From: Isurus oxyrinchus
Taxonomy: Eukaryota
Length of the DNA stretch: 64,000 bases
Reading direction: 5' to 3'
NCBI GenBank assembly: GCA_026770705.1
Contig: JANJGN010000034.1
Span: 3,348,001 to 3,412,000, forward strand
Shown here in pieces: positions 25,801 to 40,400 of the stretch. The notes beneath the pieces were generated by a model. The model saw nothing but the letters and a program-made list of their open reading frames with translations. It was not told the origin of the DNA and did no database searches. Both the position numbers and the translations under genes were made by a program. Position 1 is the stretch's first letter. Each line of letters opens with the position of its first letter.

Positions 25801-28800
25801 AAACCACATTTAGATTCCTCATGACTACCAACGCCATCAGTCGAATAAGCGATGAACTGCTGCAGGCGGACTTTAGGAGTGGGAAATTATAAAGGAGCCT
25901 CACATGTAGCATCTCTAAGGTAATATGCAGATTACAGCTGGTGCCACATGATCGTTAATATAGCATCAGGAGGATTGTGCCAATGAAATCATGGCTGGAA
26001 AGATGGTGCAGTAAACAGGGCTATTATATTCTTGGAATTTGGTTTCTGGGTGTAGAGGGACCTGTACATTCCTGTATGCACGTGATATATAGGAGCTTGT
26101 TTAAGAATTGAGAGGATGTACAAAACCGTTATGTAACAATAGAAAGGAAAAACATGTTTTGCAAATTGCTCAGAGGGGCAGAGAATGCGGGATTTATAAA
26201 AAATACTTGTTTTAAGCATTTAAGTGAACCCAGCATAAGAGGCAATGTAATAATATCTCAAAGAACTTTACAGGGTATCCGTGTGAACTCACAGATCATG
26301 TTAAAAATCTGCAGGAGAAGGCGGAGGGCAGGGAGGTTGACATCGCCGTGCTGTTTTTTTCATTCATGGAATGTGAGATTCACTGGCTAAGTCAGCATTT
26401 ATAGTCCATCCCTAACTGTCCTTTTTCAGGGTATACTTAAGTGATTCTTAAGGTACGGGCATTGTCGTGGGTCTGGAGTCACATATAGGCCAGGTAATTA
26501 TTGCAAATTTCCTTCCCTATAGGACATTAGTGAAAAAAGATAGGTTTTCATGGTAATCGATAATATTTTAATTGTCATCATTACTTTTAATCATTTTAAC
26601 ACTTCTAATTTCAGATTATTTTTAATGAATTCAAATTCCACCATTCGCAGTGGTGGGATTTGAAGCCGATTCCCCAGAGCATGACACTGGGTCCCTGGAA
26701 TTTCACTCCAGTGGCAAAGCCAACGTCTCCTCACAGTGATCACAGAGAACTGGTTCAGTAAGGGGAGAGCTGAGTACTAAATGTTCCTAGATCCAAGGCG
26801 TTTTTCAAATGGGGGTAAATTAATGTAGCAGGAGACTTCGGAGAATCATAAAAGAGAATTTGGTCTTACTGCACAGTGAGTCAGAGAGGAAGATAAACAG
26901 GCAGAGTTATGGAAACATGCCATAAAGGGGTCAAGGACATATTCAATTTGGTGCGAGCTGAACAAAATAAATCATGATGGCGTTATACTACTGAGAGTAC
27001 ACAACAACTGGGAAAGTTATAGAATAACAACTGAAATGAAATGGCAAACAAGGTGCAGCTTTCTAAACTGAATGCAGGCTTGGAGTATGGTGAGTGGAGG
27101 AACTTGATTTGAATCTTTTTTTTCTTCTCTTCAACGCAAATCCATTCTGCAGTTAGCAGTTAGTAGAAAGTACAGTTTAAGCAGGCTAAGATTTGTTACA
27201 GCAAAAAAAAATAATCTTTTTGAAAGTGCACATAACCAATTACTTCGAGAGCGGATTTAGCTGGCATCACTTTTGATGATCTGTTATCACAATCTTCCTG
27301 TTTCATGCTCGGATTCCAAAAGTGTGAGCACATCTCGCCCACGGGCCGCTCCTTTCACATTTCGAATGATGGGTCGATTGCTATCATCCCTAAAATCCAC
27401 ACGGACCAGAGCACACTGTCCCTGGTGTACCATCCTTCCAAGGACTTGAGTAACCATGACAGTTTGACTGCCTGAGCCCGTGGGCCCTTCATGATGGCAG
27501 AAACGGTGGAAAAAGTCTATTTCAAATCTCTATGAACAGTCTCAAAGCTGATACGATTTGAGTTTCTTTCTCTGAAAGCTTAATCCAAGTCTCTGGCTTC
27601 CTAGGTCAGTGCCCTATCCACAATGCTGCTGATGAGTCTAAAGACAGGATCTGCCACAGTGCAGTACCTGCTCGTGCAGTGCACAGTGAAACATCAGCCT
27701 GGATGCTGGACTCGAGACACTGCAGTGGGACTGGAAACCACAACCATCACACTGTGAGTTAAGGGTGCTGCTACTAACAGAACCACAGCAGTGAGCTCAG
27801 TGGTTAATTAATTCATTTGTTTAATTTGCTTGCACTGGCCCCTTTCATTTGGCTATAAATACAGGTTCCTTTAGTGAATGTCATGCAAATGGAATGTAGC
27901 TGTGTAAACGGGGTGCAGACTTGATGATTAGAAAGTGGGGAAGTTCGGCATAAGGGAAGAGGAGGTGGTGTTAATTTTTTCTACCCTTCTCACCTGATAG
28001 CAATTGGTTCTTTTCTTACTATTGGTAAGGGAGCTAACTGCTTGGTGAGTATCTGGTGACTGGTTAAGGTCTATTTCATCGTAAGCCCTAAAATAATACA
28101 TTCATTGTTGGTAAAGTTAAGAAAATTTCTAAAATTAACGCTAATAATCGAATAATATATTTAAATAATTCATTAAATCACATGGAGGATGGCAGGACAG
28201 GTGATGTGTCTTGGCCGTGGGATTTGGAAGCTCCTGGGAAAAATTGTGACTCTGGACAAAGATGTCTGCAGTTATCGTTTGTCGCTTGGGAAACTTCAGC
28301 TAACTATCATTCAGCTGGAGCCTGAGCTGCAGAATCTGTGACACATCAAAGAGTTTGGAAGTTACCTAGCTTTTCTGTGCCAAGAAGCAGTTACACAACT
28401 TAGGTTAGCTTGTTCTGATTTAGTCAGTGGTTAGGAACAGGTAGGTGTAACAGCGAGTGCAGTAGCTAAGGGGACCCAGAGGTCGAGAGCTCAGGAGAGT
28501 TGTCCTCTGCAATTGTCCGATATGTTAAATGACCTTTCTGCTGGCATGTTTGAAAACGGGGCTGTAGGGCAAATTTAATAACTGACCATTTTATCATGTG
28601 GCAGGAAGCTATTCCATTTGTGAGAAAAAACTAAATAATTTAGTGGTTGGCCGGGACATATAACATAGTGAAGGAGATTGATACTTTTCTCTGCAGCTAA
28701 GAGCAAGATTCCAGATGGCAGCAGTTGCTGCCCAATCCTGGATTTCGGACATCAGCAGAGGGCAGTGGAGGAACTTGCAGTGGGAGGGGGAGGATATTAT

Positions 28801-31800
28801 TACCGTGGTCCATGTGTTACCAAAGACATAGATAGAAGTGGGAAAGAGGTTCTGCACAGAGAGTATTTGGAGCTAGGTACGGAATTGAAAATGAGAACCT
28901 CAAATGTTATCCTCTCTATGTTATTACTGGCGTCATGTACAAATTCGCAAACAGCACAAATAATTAGAGAGATGAGCACGTGGCTCAAAGGTTGGTAGGT
29001 GGAAGTGAGCTCCGGTTTGTGGTGCACTCGCACTGTACTGTGGTAATTGGGAGATGCACCGTTGGGCTGATGTAAACTGAAATTCATTGTGCCCAGTGTT
29101 CTTGCAAACCACTTAGGATAGAGGCGTAGTATAGAAGGATTTTAACTTAATTGTGCGGCAAGTGATTAAATGTGGATTGGTGAGATATATCAATGAGCAG
29201 AAAGAGGATGAGCGGAGAATGGGTAATATGGGAAATGAGGGTCAGAGTATGGCAGGATGGGGAAGAGAGGAAAAACTTTAGAATGCACAAAGTATGAGGA
29301 CGAGATGTCACAAAGATTTAAAAAGAAATACAAAGCCAAAGGTTTTGTACCTGAATGTATATAATATTCAAAAAAACAGGAACTGATAGTGCACATTGAA
29401 GTGCATGCATGTCCTGTGATAGCCGTTTTAGGGAAAGGGTGCAAGATTGCGTCCAGAATATTAAACGGTCCATCAAGAAGGATATAAGCGAGGTGCATGT
29501 GGAGGGGTAGCGCTGTTATTAAGGATGGCATTGTTCAATAGCTGCCTATGTACTTGGCTATGGATGTAGAATCGGGATGGGTGGAGATGCGGAATATTAG
29601 CGGAAATGCTGGATGCTTGTGATAAAGGAACGGGAATAAGCGTGGGTGACTTTAATCTTAAATTCAAATTGGCAGTATTAAATTGGATGAAGAGCTTGAT
29701 AATGCTTTTGAGATAGTTTCTAGGAGCAGCACGTTCTGGAACCAACCAGCAAACATCTAATATTTGGCCTGACATTGTGTAATGTAGCAGGATCAATGAT
29801 CTCAGAGTAAAGGCACCACCACATAGCTGTGACCACAATATGATTGAATTTTGGATCCAGTATGAATGGGAGACAAGTGCGTCAGAAACTAATACTTTAA
29901 AATTAAATAAGGGCAACAATGTGCCATGAAAGCTGAGCTAGTTGAAGTTAACTGGGATAATAGGTTAGGAGAGAGATGAATAGAAAAACAATGGCAGGTA
30001 TTTAAAGAATTTTTACCAAATGCTCATTTTATGTATGTACATACTACAAAGCTGACAATTCAAAAAGGAGGAGCCACCTGTTGTTGTTAAATAAATAAGG
30101 AGGGAAAGTATCAATCTTAAGGGGAAAAAACACATATCTGCACAAAGCTGAATCCCAAGGCCAGATCATTGATCAGAATATAAAGGATTAGAGGGAATGG
30201 CTAAAATAATAACCAAACGTGCATTCATACATACGAAGATAGGAATGAGAAATAGCAGTATGTCCCCCCCTGCTTAAATTGCTGATCTTGCTTGTAACCT
30301 GAACCCCACAATCCTGCTCACGCAAGATCAGCTTTAAACCGTTGATAATCAAGAGTATATCAATCTTGGTCTTGTAAATATCCAAAGACTCTGTTTCAGC
30401 CTTTTCATGAACAGAGTAACAAATAATCACGGCGCTCTGAGAGATGAAAAAATATCTCTTCATCTTCATCTTAAAAAAGTGACACCTTATTTTCAAATAG
30501 TGAACCCGTGTTCTTGGTTCTCCCATAAGAGGAAACAACTCGCCCACATGGAACTTGTCAGATTCCTCAGGATCTTAAATATTTCGATAAGGAGAAATCG
30601 ATTAGAGTATAAGAAGACACTAGATGGAACTGCAAAAACAGTTGATAAAGCATTCTGCAGGTATTTAAACAGGAAAACAATAAGTAAAGTGAGTGTTGTG
30701 GCTCCAGAGAGCGACTGAATTTTAAAATAGAATTATAATGTTTTACCTAGTTATAAAAGGGGTGGTAATATTAATAATAATCATCACCATCAACATCATC
30801 ATCGCTATCATCGTCAACGTAATTGTCATTACAGGCATAATAAAATGTTCACAGCAGCTGTACAACCCTGGGATTACACTTCAGAAAGTATTTGAAGCCA
30901 TTAGTCTGTCTACCAAAAATATTTATTTATTCCTGAGAATGAATCCAGTATTCAGCGACTAAAGGTACATTTGTAAATTGCAGAAGCTATGAACGTCCGA
31001 CTTGGAGAAGCGAAATTTAGTACAAGCTTTGACAGAGATATTCAATTAATGACCTGAGGTTAAAGTCACGCCTAGGTAGCTATGGCCACAATATGATTAA
31101 ATTTTACATCCAGTGTGAAAGGGAAAAACGTATGTCAAAACTCATATTTTAAACTTAACTAAGTGCAACTATGTGGGCACGCATGCTGAGCTAGTTGGCA
31201 TTAAATAATATGCTAGGCCAAGTGATAGAACAATAAAAACGCAGTGGCAGATATTTAAGTGGATTTTTCAGAATACTCAAATATGTTTATGCCGGCTATT
31301 AAAGAGAAAGACTCTAAAGAGAGTTTTAACAACAAGCCGTGTTAAAAAAAAAAGATGTTAGGGAAAACATTAAATTTAAGGGGAAAATACATGAACATTT
31401 GAAAAGATGATTGGCAGGTCAGATGCTTAGCTACAATCTAAAGAACCGTAGAGACTGACTAAATGGTTTAATATACGATAACACAAACATAGGACCATAC
31501 GAATTAGAAGCAGGAGTAGGCCACTTTGCCCCTCGAGCCTGCTCTGCAATTCAATAAGATCATTGCTGATTTGATTTCAATCTGAGCCCCACATTCTCGT
31601 CTACCCCTGACAATGCAAACACTCTGCTTACACTGCCTTTAGAGGAACAGTGTGCCAAAGAATCATGGCTCCCTGAGAGAAAAAAAAAATCTATATCTCT
31701 GCCTTAAGAAACTTTCCCGACTGCCACCTCCACCCCGTCCTCCTTCCCGCCACGGCCCTTATATTGAAATTGTGACCCTGTGTTCTATGTTCTCCCAAAA

Positions 31801-34800
31801 GAGAATTCATGCCCTCCACATCGACTCTCTCAGGACTCCTCAGGATTGTAAAAATTTCGATCTGGAGTCATAAATCGGAGTATGAGAGGAGGCTAGGTAG
31901 ACATTTAAAAGCGCGTAGCAAGAGTTTCTGCCGGTATTTAAGCAGGATGTCAGCGTGAAGTGAATGGTTCTCCTCTAGAGAATGACACAAATATAAAAAA
32001 ATACGTACTGTTTAGCCTAGGCAAAACATGTGTGATGTTCATGATGATAATAATAATGAACTGAAAATAATAATAGTAATAATCATCATCATAATCATCA
32101 TTATCATCATCATCGTCATCAACATCATTGTCATCATCATCATCGTCATCATCATCATCGTCGTTTTCATCATCATTATCATCATCATGAGATATAAATT
32201 AGAGTTTGAGAGGAAGCTAGCTAGATAATTAAAACCAGATAGCAAGAGTTTCTGCAGGTATGTAAACGGGGTACGTCTAGCTAAAGTGTGTGCTTCTCCC
32301 CTAGAGGGTGTCAGAATATAATGTAGAATTATAATATTTAGCCTACGTATAAGAAGTGCGATTTACATATTAATCATCATCAGCATAATCGTCATAATCA
32401 TAATAATTATAATATCTTCATGATAATAATAACGAAATTCATAATCATATTCGTAATCATCATCATAATCTTCATCTTCATTATCATGATAACAGATTCA
32501 TGCACAACTGTCCAGTTCTGGCATTACACTGTAGGAAGGCGTTTGAGCAATTGGGGTGTGTACAGAAAGTGTTCCTGAGCAAGAACTTAAGGATGAGTGA
32601 CTAAAGTTGTTTGGTTAGATTGTGGAAGCTATGCATGTCCGAATTGGAAAAGGGACATTTTATACAAGCTTTGACAGAACCATTCAATTTCATGAGATAA
32701 CTCAATGAATTAGCTGGCGAGGAGGTGTTCCAGATGGGAGAGACATCTAGTGCCAGAGGGCACTGATCTAAGGTGATTGACAAAGTAAGCCATGCCCACA
32801 TGAGGAAAGAATTGTCTACGCCATGATTGACTCGAAACAGGAATGCATTGCCTGCGAGCAGTGGAAGCCAAATTGATTTAGTGGGACTACAAATTCAAAG
32901 AAAACTATACTTGCATATGTGCTGCTCAATAAAGCAACTTGGGCACGTTATTTTGGTTGTACAATTTTGATTTTTGAATTCAATTATTCTTATGTGAAGC
33001 TCCTTCCCTCATCATTGTTCTTTCCCCATTTTATTCAACTATTCATCATAATGTGAAATGGGAATTTTTTAATGAATTACCTATAGTTTTTTCAAGGTGC
33101 TTTTGGTCTGAAAAACAAGAACGTGCAAATTAACTAGCTGGAACTTTGTTTCGGATCGCTTATTAAGTACGGCTCTCTGCTTAACATTAGATAATACTTT
33201 TTCCAGTTGTGTCAAAAATCCTCGACATCTCACACTCTGTGTTTGTTGCAAGCTACGAAAGTGATGTATGGTAAAATGATAATCTATCACAATTTCATGC
33301 ATATCTTTCCTTTGTTCTTTTGCAGTCAATCAAATTGAATATAAAACCAGGAATGTAAATCTAAACCAGTCGTTTTCCAAAACCAACCAGGAAATTAGGC
33401 TAAGCTATATTTCAATTTACTTTTAATTAGTAATTTCACAATTGAGTCCGTGACTGAATGGGATGACAGAATTATAGAATTCCTGGTGTTAATTCTTCTC
33501 ACTTTACCTCAAATTGGACAGAATACAAAGGGAGAGCTTTTCGAAAATTCCTGGCTTGTGACATTTTTACGCATGATACATTGATGTTGGTGAAAATCAG
33601 CATGCTTGTTTCTAATGGCAATCAAAACTGTAGATGAAGTATTACCTTAGGCTGAAACATCATTATGTGAAGTCAAGTGTTAAGTCAGAAGAATTGCAGC
33701 GAAGAATGGAATCTGCAATTTTCAGAAAAGAAATTGCATTTTTAGTCACTCACCATCAGTTCCCAACTTGCTATCCTTTCCTAGACAAGAGAAAAACGAA
33801 CAAAGATTCCGTTTTGAGCTAAGTTTAACTTAACACCCAAAAATGTTTCTGGGAAATTACTGCACCATTATTGTGAACCAGCCCACCTACATTACACACT
33901 CAAGGACTGCTCTTCATAAATACATTGTCGTAAAGTTCTTTCGAGCCATCTGACATCGTTAAACGTGCATGCGAATGCAAACCTTTCATTTGTTCTTCTT
34001 TCGCAATAGATAACCAAATTTAATTTAGTGACCCATTGCATCTCTTAAACTTTCCGGCAGGAGAAATGATAAATCATTTCAAGTTGCAAGCCAGCATTCA
34101 ATTCCAATGAAACTCATCGACCAGGAAGGGGAATTTGTTCTTGCCCCTGAGCTGCTGAGAATTTTGAACATTATCTAAGTTTAATTTTAATTCTATCCTT
34201 ATCAAATATGCTCCCAAACACAGCAATTTTCAATGACGACTTTCTTTTCCGATAACGTGCAGGCCGATATCGGTGAAAGGATAATTCTTTGCAGAATATT
34301 GCAAGCATGATTAGATAACACATTTAAGAAATTTGCTAACCCGCCATATCCAACCTATCACCACTCTACACAGACACCCTACAGCCCACCCACATATACA
34401 TCTCCTCGGCATCACACCCCATGAAAGTACTGATTAAATTCTTCTTGCAGTGTTAACTTATGACTAGATGCCTAAAGCAAAAAAAAAAAAATAAGTTTGA
34501 GTTAAGGAAATCAACTTCGAAACAAATAGACTATTTGCATTCTGTTAAGTCTTAAGACGTGAAGAATATGGAAAATGTGATATTCAGCGGATGGTAAACC
34601 GGATTATTAAAGCTGCAAACTGTTTTTTGGTGCTGTTGATTGAAAACTAATTCATAGGCCAGGATGCTGCTGGGCATCTTGTGTTTGCTGCAACAGCGCT
34701 CAACTATTAAAGAGAACTGAAAACAAAACACCTAAGCTGGAGCGGGACACATGGCCTTTGGCGTCTGCTCAGCTTTTCAGTAAATTCACGGGGACTCGAA

Positions 34801-37410
34801 TGTAATGCTCATTGCTGTTCCAACATTTATCTCCACCGCCCATCTCCACCCTAATCCCTCCTAATTACTGATTCAATTGTATATCAATAATATGTCTGCC
34901 TCAGACTTGAATATATTCAATGAGGCATGCGTCCACTTCTGGCTTGAAAGGAAAAGTTAAAATATTAAAGATGTTCTAACATATAACATTCCTCCACAAC
35001 TCCCCTGAAATGAGAATCACCTTAAATTTAAGTGTCACCAGTACCTCGCCCCGTGAGGTGTCCCTTTCCTGAGCTGCAACTTGTTAGGTGGAAAACCTGT
35101 CCAGAAACTGATTCGGTAGCAGCGTTGCCAAAAAAATTTTTCGGGCTTCAGGCTAATGCTGACCGTCTTCCCCTCTCATCTTTCAATACATTGTTAAAAG
35201 CATTTCTCAGTTAACAGGCTGCCGTTTAAATATTCAATCACTGTGTACAAATGATACTCAAACATTTCATTAAATCAATGCACTGTAAGCTACTTAATGT
35301 AATAAAACTTAGATTATGGTCTTACCCATGCCATGTAGAATATCTTTCAGTCTTTTCAACTCTGAAAGAAATGCTGAGGTTTACGTATTGGGATGTGGTC
35401 AACTACTAAAGCAAAGCTGGAAAAGAAGAGAAAACTGAGGATGGAAGAAGGGAAGGATGGGAGACAGGAATAGGGAAAATGTAAAAAAAGGAAAATAAGT
35501 GAGAAAATAAGACAGAAAAGAAAAAAGGAAGGAAGAAAGAAAGACATACATACAATTGGAGCAATAAACGAAAATGGAAAAGACTGATGGGGCGTGTTGG
35601 GGAAAGGGGAACATGGTCCAAGATATCAGGGCAGGCCAGCCATGCTGCTTTTCACAATGAACCCTTGTGGGATCTCTCTCATGCCTATACGTGTGCAGCA
35701 AGCTTAATGAGCTGACACCTTAAACAGGTCATGCACAATAACTTCCTCCGTTTATTAATATCGACTGTCTACATGCATACAAGGTTTACTATTTCGTTCT
35801 CTTCACCTGCCATATATTCCTGCATCAGTTGGTAGTGAAGCTGCCTGATGGATTTGGTTCCTCACTGAAATGTCATTGCTAGTTAGATAAAACAAGCGTG
35901 TGTTGCACGACATATCAAAACGATTGTGAGGGATAATAGCTGAACTCGGAAGTATGGCCCATAACATTCGAACCCTGGGGCATCCTACCTCGGGACTATT
36001 CCAAGCATGCGCTGCAGAACACTTTCCCTGGAAGCCCGGATGTAAGGATTGTATGGCTGTTGCTCCAGAAGTTCAAAATTCTGTTGGGAAATTGCCCTGC
36101 AAATTGAACCATGCAATGCTGTGATTTAAATTGCAACCTTTTTCTGGTTCTGACTCTCCTACTTGCAGAAAAAAAATACACGATAATTTTAGGAGAATTC
36201 AAATGACTCCGAGCGTCTGTATTGCTGCAGTACTGATTCAACCTCCCAATGTATCCCTCCCTGTTGCCTGGAGCGTCTATGGGATCCAGCCGGCTGCCCT
36301 TCTCTTCCCTTGACTGAACTTCCCACCACCATTGTGCACTCCGAAAGTCCTCCTCACCGCCCTCTGCGATTAACATCACATTCCCGACTACTCCTCTATC
36401 CACATCGGTCTTCCAAAAGCCTGCCTGCATCTCCACCCTAGGGCTTCTAAATTCTCAACTGACCCGAGTCCGAATGCTGGACGAGGAAAAATGGTATTAT
36501 TTTAGGGTATGTAACTAGGGGTCATTTGGAAACCCACACTGATTGACATTCCATGGAATCTACGGCACATTAAGTAGGCAGCCGCCACATTACTCATTCC
36601 TATTGAGTCTTCTAAAATTGAGTTAGTTCGGCTTAAGTTGCTTACATGGGACTGTCTTATCTTCCCAATTTAATCGCACTATAGGTTACAGTCATAGAGT
36701 CGGCCATAGCACATAAATCAGTCGCTCGCCCATCGAGCCTACACGAGGTGTCTCGTAGAACTAGTCTGTCAAGGCAATCCCTCCGCTCTATTCCCTTGGA
36801 TATGATTATTGATTGATTGTTTTTGTTCCTTTGAGGTAAATATTTAATTAAAATTTGGAAAGATAGTTAATCCCTACTTCCAGTTCCTCAGACACAGTGA
36901 GTATCCCGTCATTACCAGATGCTCTGTAAAAAATGAAGTTCTGCCTGACATCCACCCTGCATCTCCCCAACCGCAGATACTTGAAACTAATGTTTTAGGC
37001 AGCATCATTATTCGTTGGGGCCATTCTTGTAAATATTGTCTCCTTCCGAAAGGCGGTGGCCTGAAATGAATGCAGTGCTGCACTTTTGGCTATTCAGAAC
37101 TTAATGAGGGCCCAGCATAACGTCCACACTTTTCTACGCAATGTCTCAAATTATTAAGCCAAATATCCCAAGTGATTTGATAATTGCGCACTTAAAAAAT
37201 CATTCCACATTCAAAGGTCGAAGCACATGAAGCAGTCTCCCAGTTTCACAATCCATGGGTACGATAGAGATGTGTTCCTGTGTGTTTAAGTGAATTCTCG
37301 CCAATACTTTCTGTCAACATTTATCACCTCATAATTCTCTATATTATACTGAATGTGTCAATTGCATACTGATTCTACCGGCCTCTCTGCACCATATTTC
37401 AATTTGCATT

Positions 37411-37462
<52 letters not shown>

Positions 37463-40400
37463 AGAGAGAGAGAGAGCGGGAGGGAGAGAGACAGAGAGAG
37501 AGTGGCTCCAGATTCAATTCCATCCAAAGCAGCTGCTGCATACAGAATTGGTTGATATGTTGATAAGTCAATTCATGATCTTCAGACTCTGACACATGAG
37601 GGACAAATGATGCTTGGATCGTCGAGCATACGAATCGTTCGATGGTTTCTGTATTCTCTCTGACAACTTGATTTTGTTGCTGCACATTGCCGACGGATTA
37701 TATCAATAATTCAGTACCTGACCTAATGCTCATTAAAAAGCTCAAACATACCCAATTGACGGTTTCTCTTTCTCTGAGTTTATATTAATGCTGTGTTTTC
37801 TTTAAGTTACCCACCACTGATGTTAAAGGAATTGGCATCTGTATCATGTGACTTTTCTTAAATCCTTCGTTCAATACTGATCTTGCCCTTGTCACTTTAC
37901 AGTCCATTGGCACGTACACGCATCAAGGTAAGATTTCAGGAGTATGGCAACCTTAATGTCGCTTTCTTCAATCCCAATTCTGCAAGCCATTATCACCTGC
38001 ATTTTTTTCCGCTCCAAGCATTTCAAAGCTTACAAGATCTCCTATCTAGCAGTCACCTCTAATATCTCTGTTTCTCTCGATATTTTGTCATCGTTCATCC
38101 GTGTTTCACCGATCCGAAATACTTTTTAAATTCCCTTTATCCTTTCAGCATATAAATCCCTCTTTTTAGCTGATAGGCTGCAGTTGACGTGTAGGAAGGT
38201 AATATTTGTGTTCGATTTTATGTTGACTCTCATTCAGTGCTCATGTTTCCCCTTTGCCAGTGTTATTTCCATCCTCACTTTCTCCCAGAGGAATTCAGAA
38301 TTTTGCCGCGATGTCTCCTGCAGAATTCACTGGCCATGCATAATATATGCTCTCCCTTTTGAAATTCATAACATTTTTTATTTCTATCAACATCCAGGGA
38401 CCAATCGCTTTGGTTTCAGCAATTAGCCTTTCCAATTTGGACGGGGAAATTACTGGTGAAGGAAGTGCTGCTCATACGTTTCTTAAATTCCTCTATCTCA
38501 TGACACTTACGAATAAATATATCTCAATCCACATTTAGGTATTTGAAGTTCACCACAAACAGTGTCCTCATTTCTCTGTGAATTTGCTCTTCTGTCTCTA
38601 TCTCGTTTTTTAGAAAAAAATAGGGATTTCACAGTCGTTATCCTTGTGAACAGTTTATCATCTTGAGCATTACATGAATATTGAAGTTACCAGAAGGAGT
38701 AGTAAACCTGAGGGTTGGGAGATTTTTAGAATATAGCACATGATTTCCAAGAAACTGGCAAAGAAAGGAAAAATTGACTATGAATGCAATCTCACAAAAA
38801 AAAATCAAACAGTGAAAGCTCTATCGGTATGTAAAATGAAGTGTTTGCAAAAGATGGATATGTGTCCATACCAGCAGTCAGGAGAATGCATAATGTGGAA
38901 TAAAGCAATGTCACGTAAGCTAAATGATTATATTGTGTCTGTTTTCACTGAGGAAGATACAGGAAATCTTCCAGATTTAGAGATGTGAGCAATGTGGGAG
39001 ATTGAGGAATTGAAGGACATTAAAAATTAACAAAAATAAAAAGGCCATTTTGGAGAAATGAATGGGGCTGAAAGTCGACCATTTCCCGCGACCTTATATT
39101 CTGCATCCCAGGGTCTGGAAAGACCTTCAAATAGGAGCAGTGAATGCATTGATGATCATTTTCCAAAATTCTGGAGTGATTCCTGAAAGCTGTAATGCAG
39201 CAAATTTGACCCGTCCATTTAAAAAGTGAGGGCGAGGAATGTTGGGGAAAGAGAAAACAGAGACCTGCTGGCCTATTCGATTTATATTAGTAAAGGGAAA
39301 ATTATTTTATCTATTGTAAAAGGTGTCTTAAATGGAAACGAGAATCATTATAATCTGATTTGGCGTACTGAGGCTAGATTTCTGAATGAGAAATGAGGTT
39401 TGGCGAACTTCATAGAATTTTGTGAGGATGTTACTGACCAAATTAAAAAAGGAGAGTCGTCAGACGTTGTATACTTGGATTTTCATAGGCCTCTTAATAA
39501 TGCCCCCCACAGGAAATTCATGAGCAATATAAAAACACACGGGATAGGAGGCCATATACTGACACAGAATAGAGATTTTCTAACAGGCAGAAAGCAGCGA
39601 GTAGGAATAAACGTGGCATTCTCACGTTGTCAGTCTGTGACTAGTGACGTTCCTCAAGGACCAGTGCTTTTGTCCTATCTGTTCACAATATGTATCAATA
39701 ATTTGGATATGGAGACCAAATGCAATATTTCCAAATTCGCAGATGGTACAAAGCAAGGTGGGAATATATGTTATTCGGAAGATGTAAATTGGATAAAGGA
39801 GAACTTGCACAGTCTTTGTGAGTGGTTAAGAACATTGCCAAATGGAACATGAGGTGGAGGAAATATTCTGAGGATATTCAGTTTGGCTGAAACAACAGAT
39901 GTGCAGGGTATCTCCTCAATGGCCAAATATTACAAATTGCAGATGTAGGAAGGCACCTGGGTTTCCTCGCCAACAAGTCACTGAAAGCTTATGGTGCAGT
40001 GGACAATTGGGAAACAAACGAAATGAAAGCCTTTATCACAAAATGTTTTGAGTGCTGAGGTAGTGACTTCTTGCTACAGTTGTATACAATATTACTTAGA
40101 CTGCACCTGGAGTTTTATGTGCAGTTATTTTTTTTCACTTTTATCTGAGGAAATATATCATTGCCAAAGGAGGAGTGCAAAAAAGGTTCACAACATTTTT
40201 CTGGGTATGGTGGTGTTGTCTTATGAAGACATATTTGAGAAACCCACCCTGTATTCTCTGAAGTATGGAAGAATGAGAGCTGATCTCATTGAAACTTACA
40301 AATTATTCAAAGGAATAGACAGAGTAGTTGCCGATACAATGTTTCACTTGACTGGGGAGTCTTGATTAGGGGACACAATTCCAAAATAAGGTGGAAGGCA

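Noticed and set aside
26732-27720. Several CACAGTG heptamers suggesting V(D)J recombination signals
   Set aside because: No nonamer at 12/23 spacing and no V, D or J segments; they lie in or beside SINE/LINE relics.
32028-32245. Poly-Ile and poly-Met ORFs (apparent TM segments); also 30738-30962
   Set aside because: Translations of (ATC)n microsatellites.
33646-33712. 6-nt exon candidate and a longer variant reading [16 protein letters not shown] (faint echo of the B30.2 start)
   Set aside because: Both contain in-frame stops and no PRY-SPRY sequence follows.
35996-36436. 146-aa minus ORF
   Set aside because: Arises from a compositionally skewed repeat; no motif or convincing splice context.
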